From NCBI GenBank assembly GCA_002269645.1, contig NIVC01000027.1:620001-684000 (forward strand): a DNA stretch of 64,000 bases, read 5' to 3'. Source of the DNA: Macrostomum lignano (taxonomy: Eukaryota). The notes beneath the pieces were generated by a model that was not told the origin of the DNA, did no database searches, and was given only the letters and a program-made list of their open reading frames with translations. Shown piece after piece: positions 63,981 through 64,000 of the stretch (its first letter is position 1; every line of letters begins with the position of its first letter). The translations under genes and the position numbers were made by a program.

Positions 63981-64000
63981 TTGTAGATGTTTATGACTTG

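Overview
Eukaryotic, intron-rich, tandem-repeat-dense animal DNA. GC-rich Gly/Ala exons and satellite-filled introns resemble a free-living flatworm such as Macrostomum, but this is an inference from style only. Four multi-exon genes were reconstructed by hand with GT-AG junctions whose phases match: (1) a Shaw/Kv3-like K+ channel (+, 4710-11945) with an atypical S4 and S6 gate; (2) an ankyrin-repeat + MAP3K-like kinase gene (+, 29806-32498); (3) an ankyrin-repeat + caspase gene (+, 42347-47242); (4) a kinesin-6/KIF20-like gene (-, about 53015-60389). There is also an orphan single-TM ORF (-), a five-copy tRNA-headed SINE-like family, a collapsed copia remnant, a hAT-like MITE and more than 25 micro/minisatellites. 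The main discovery candidate is the pair of genes 2 and 3. They share a duplicated ~2 kb promoter + exon 1 + ankyrin exon block but are spliced to different effectors (kinase versus caspase). Homology ends at a splice acceptor, the same ACAGCTAC satellite precedes each effector, and the shared ankyrin exon contains one non-alignable patch of equal length. This looks like a modular ankyrin-sensor/effector-swap system; its function is inferred, not shown.
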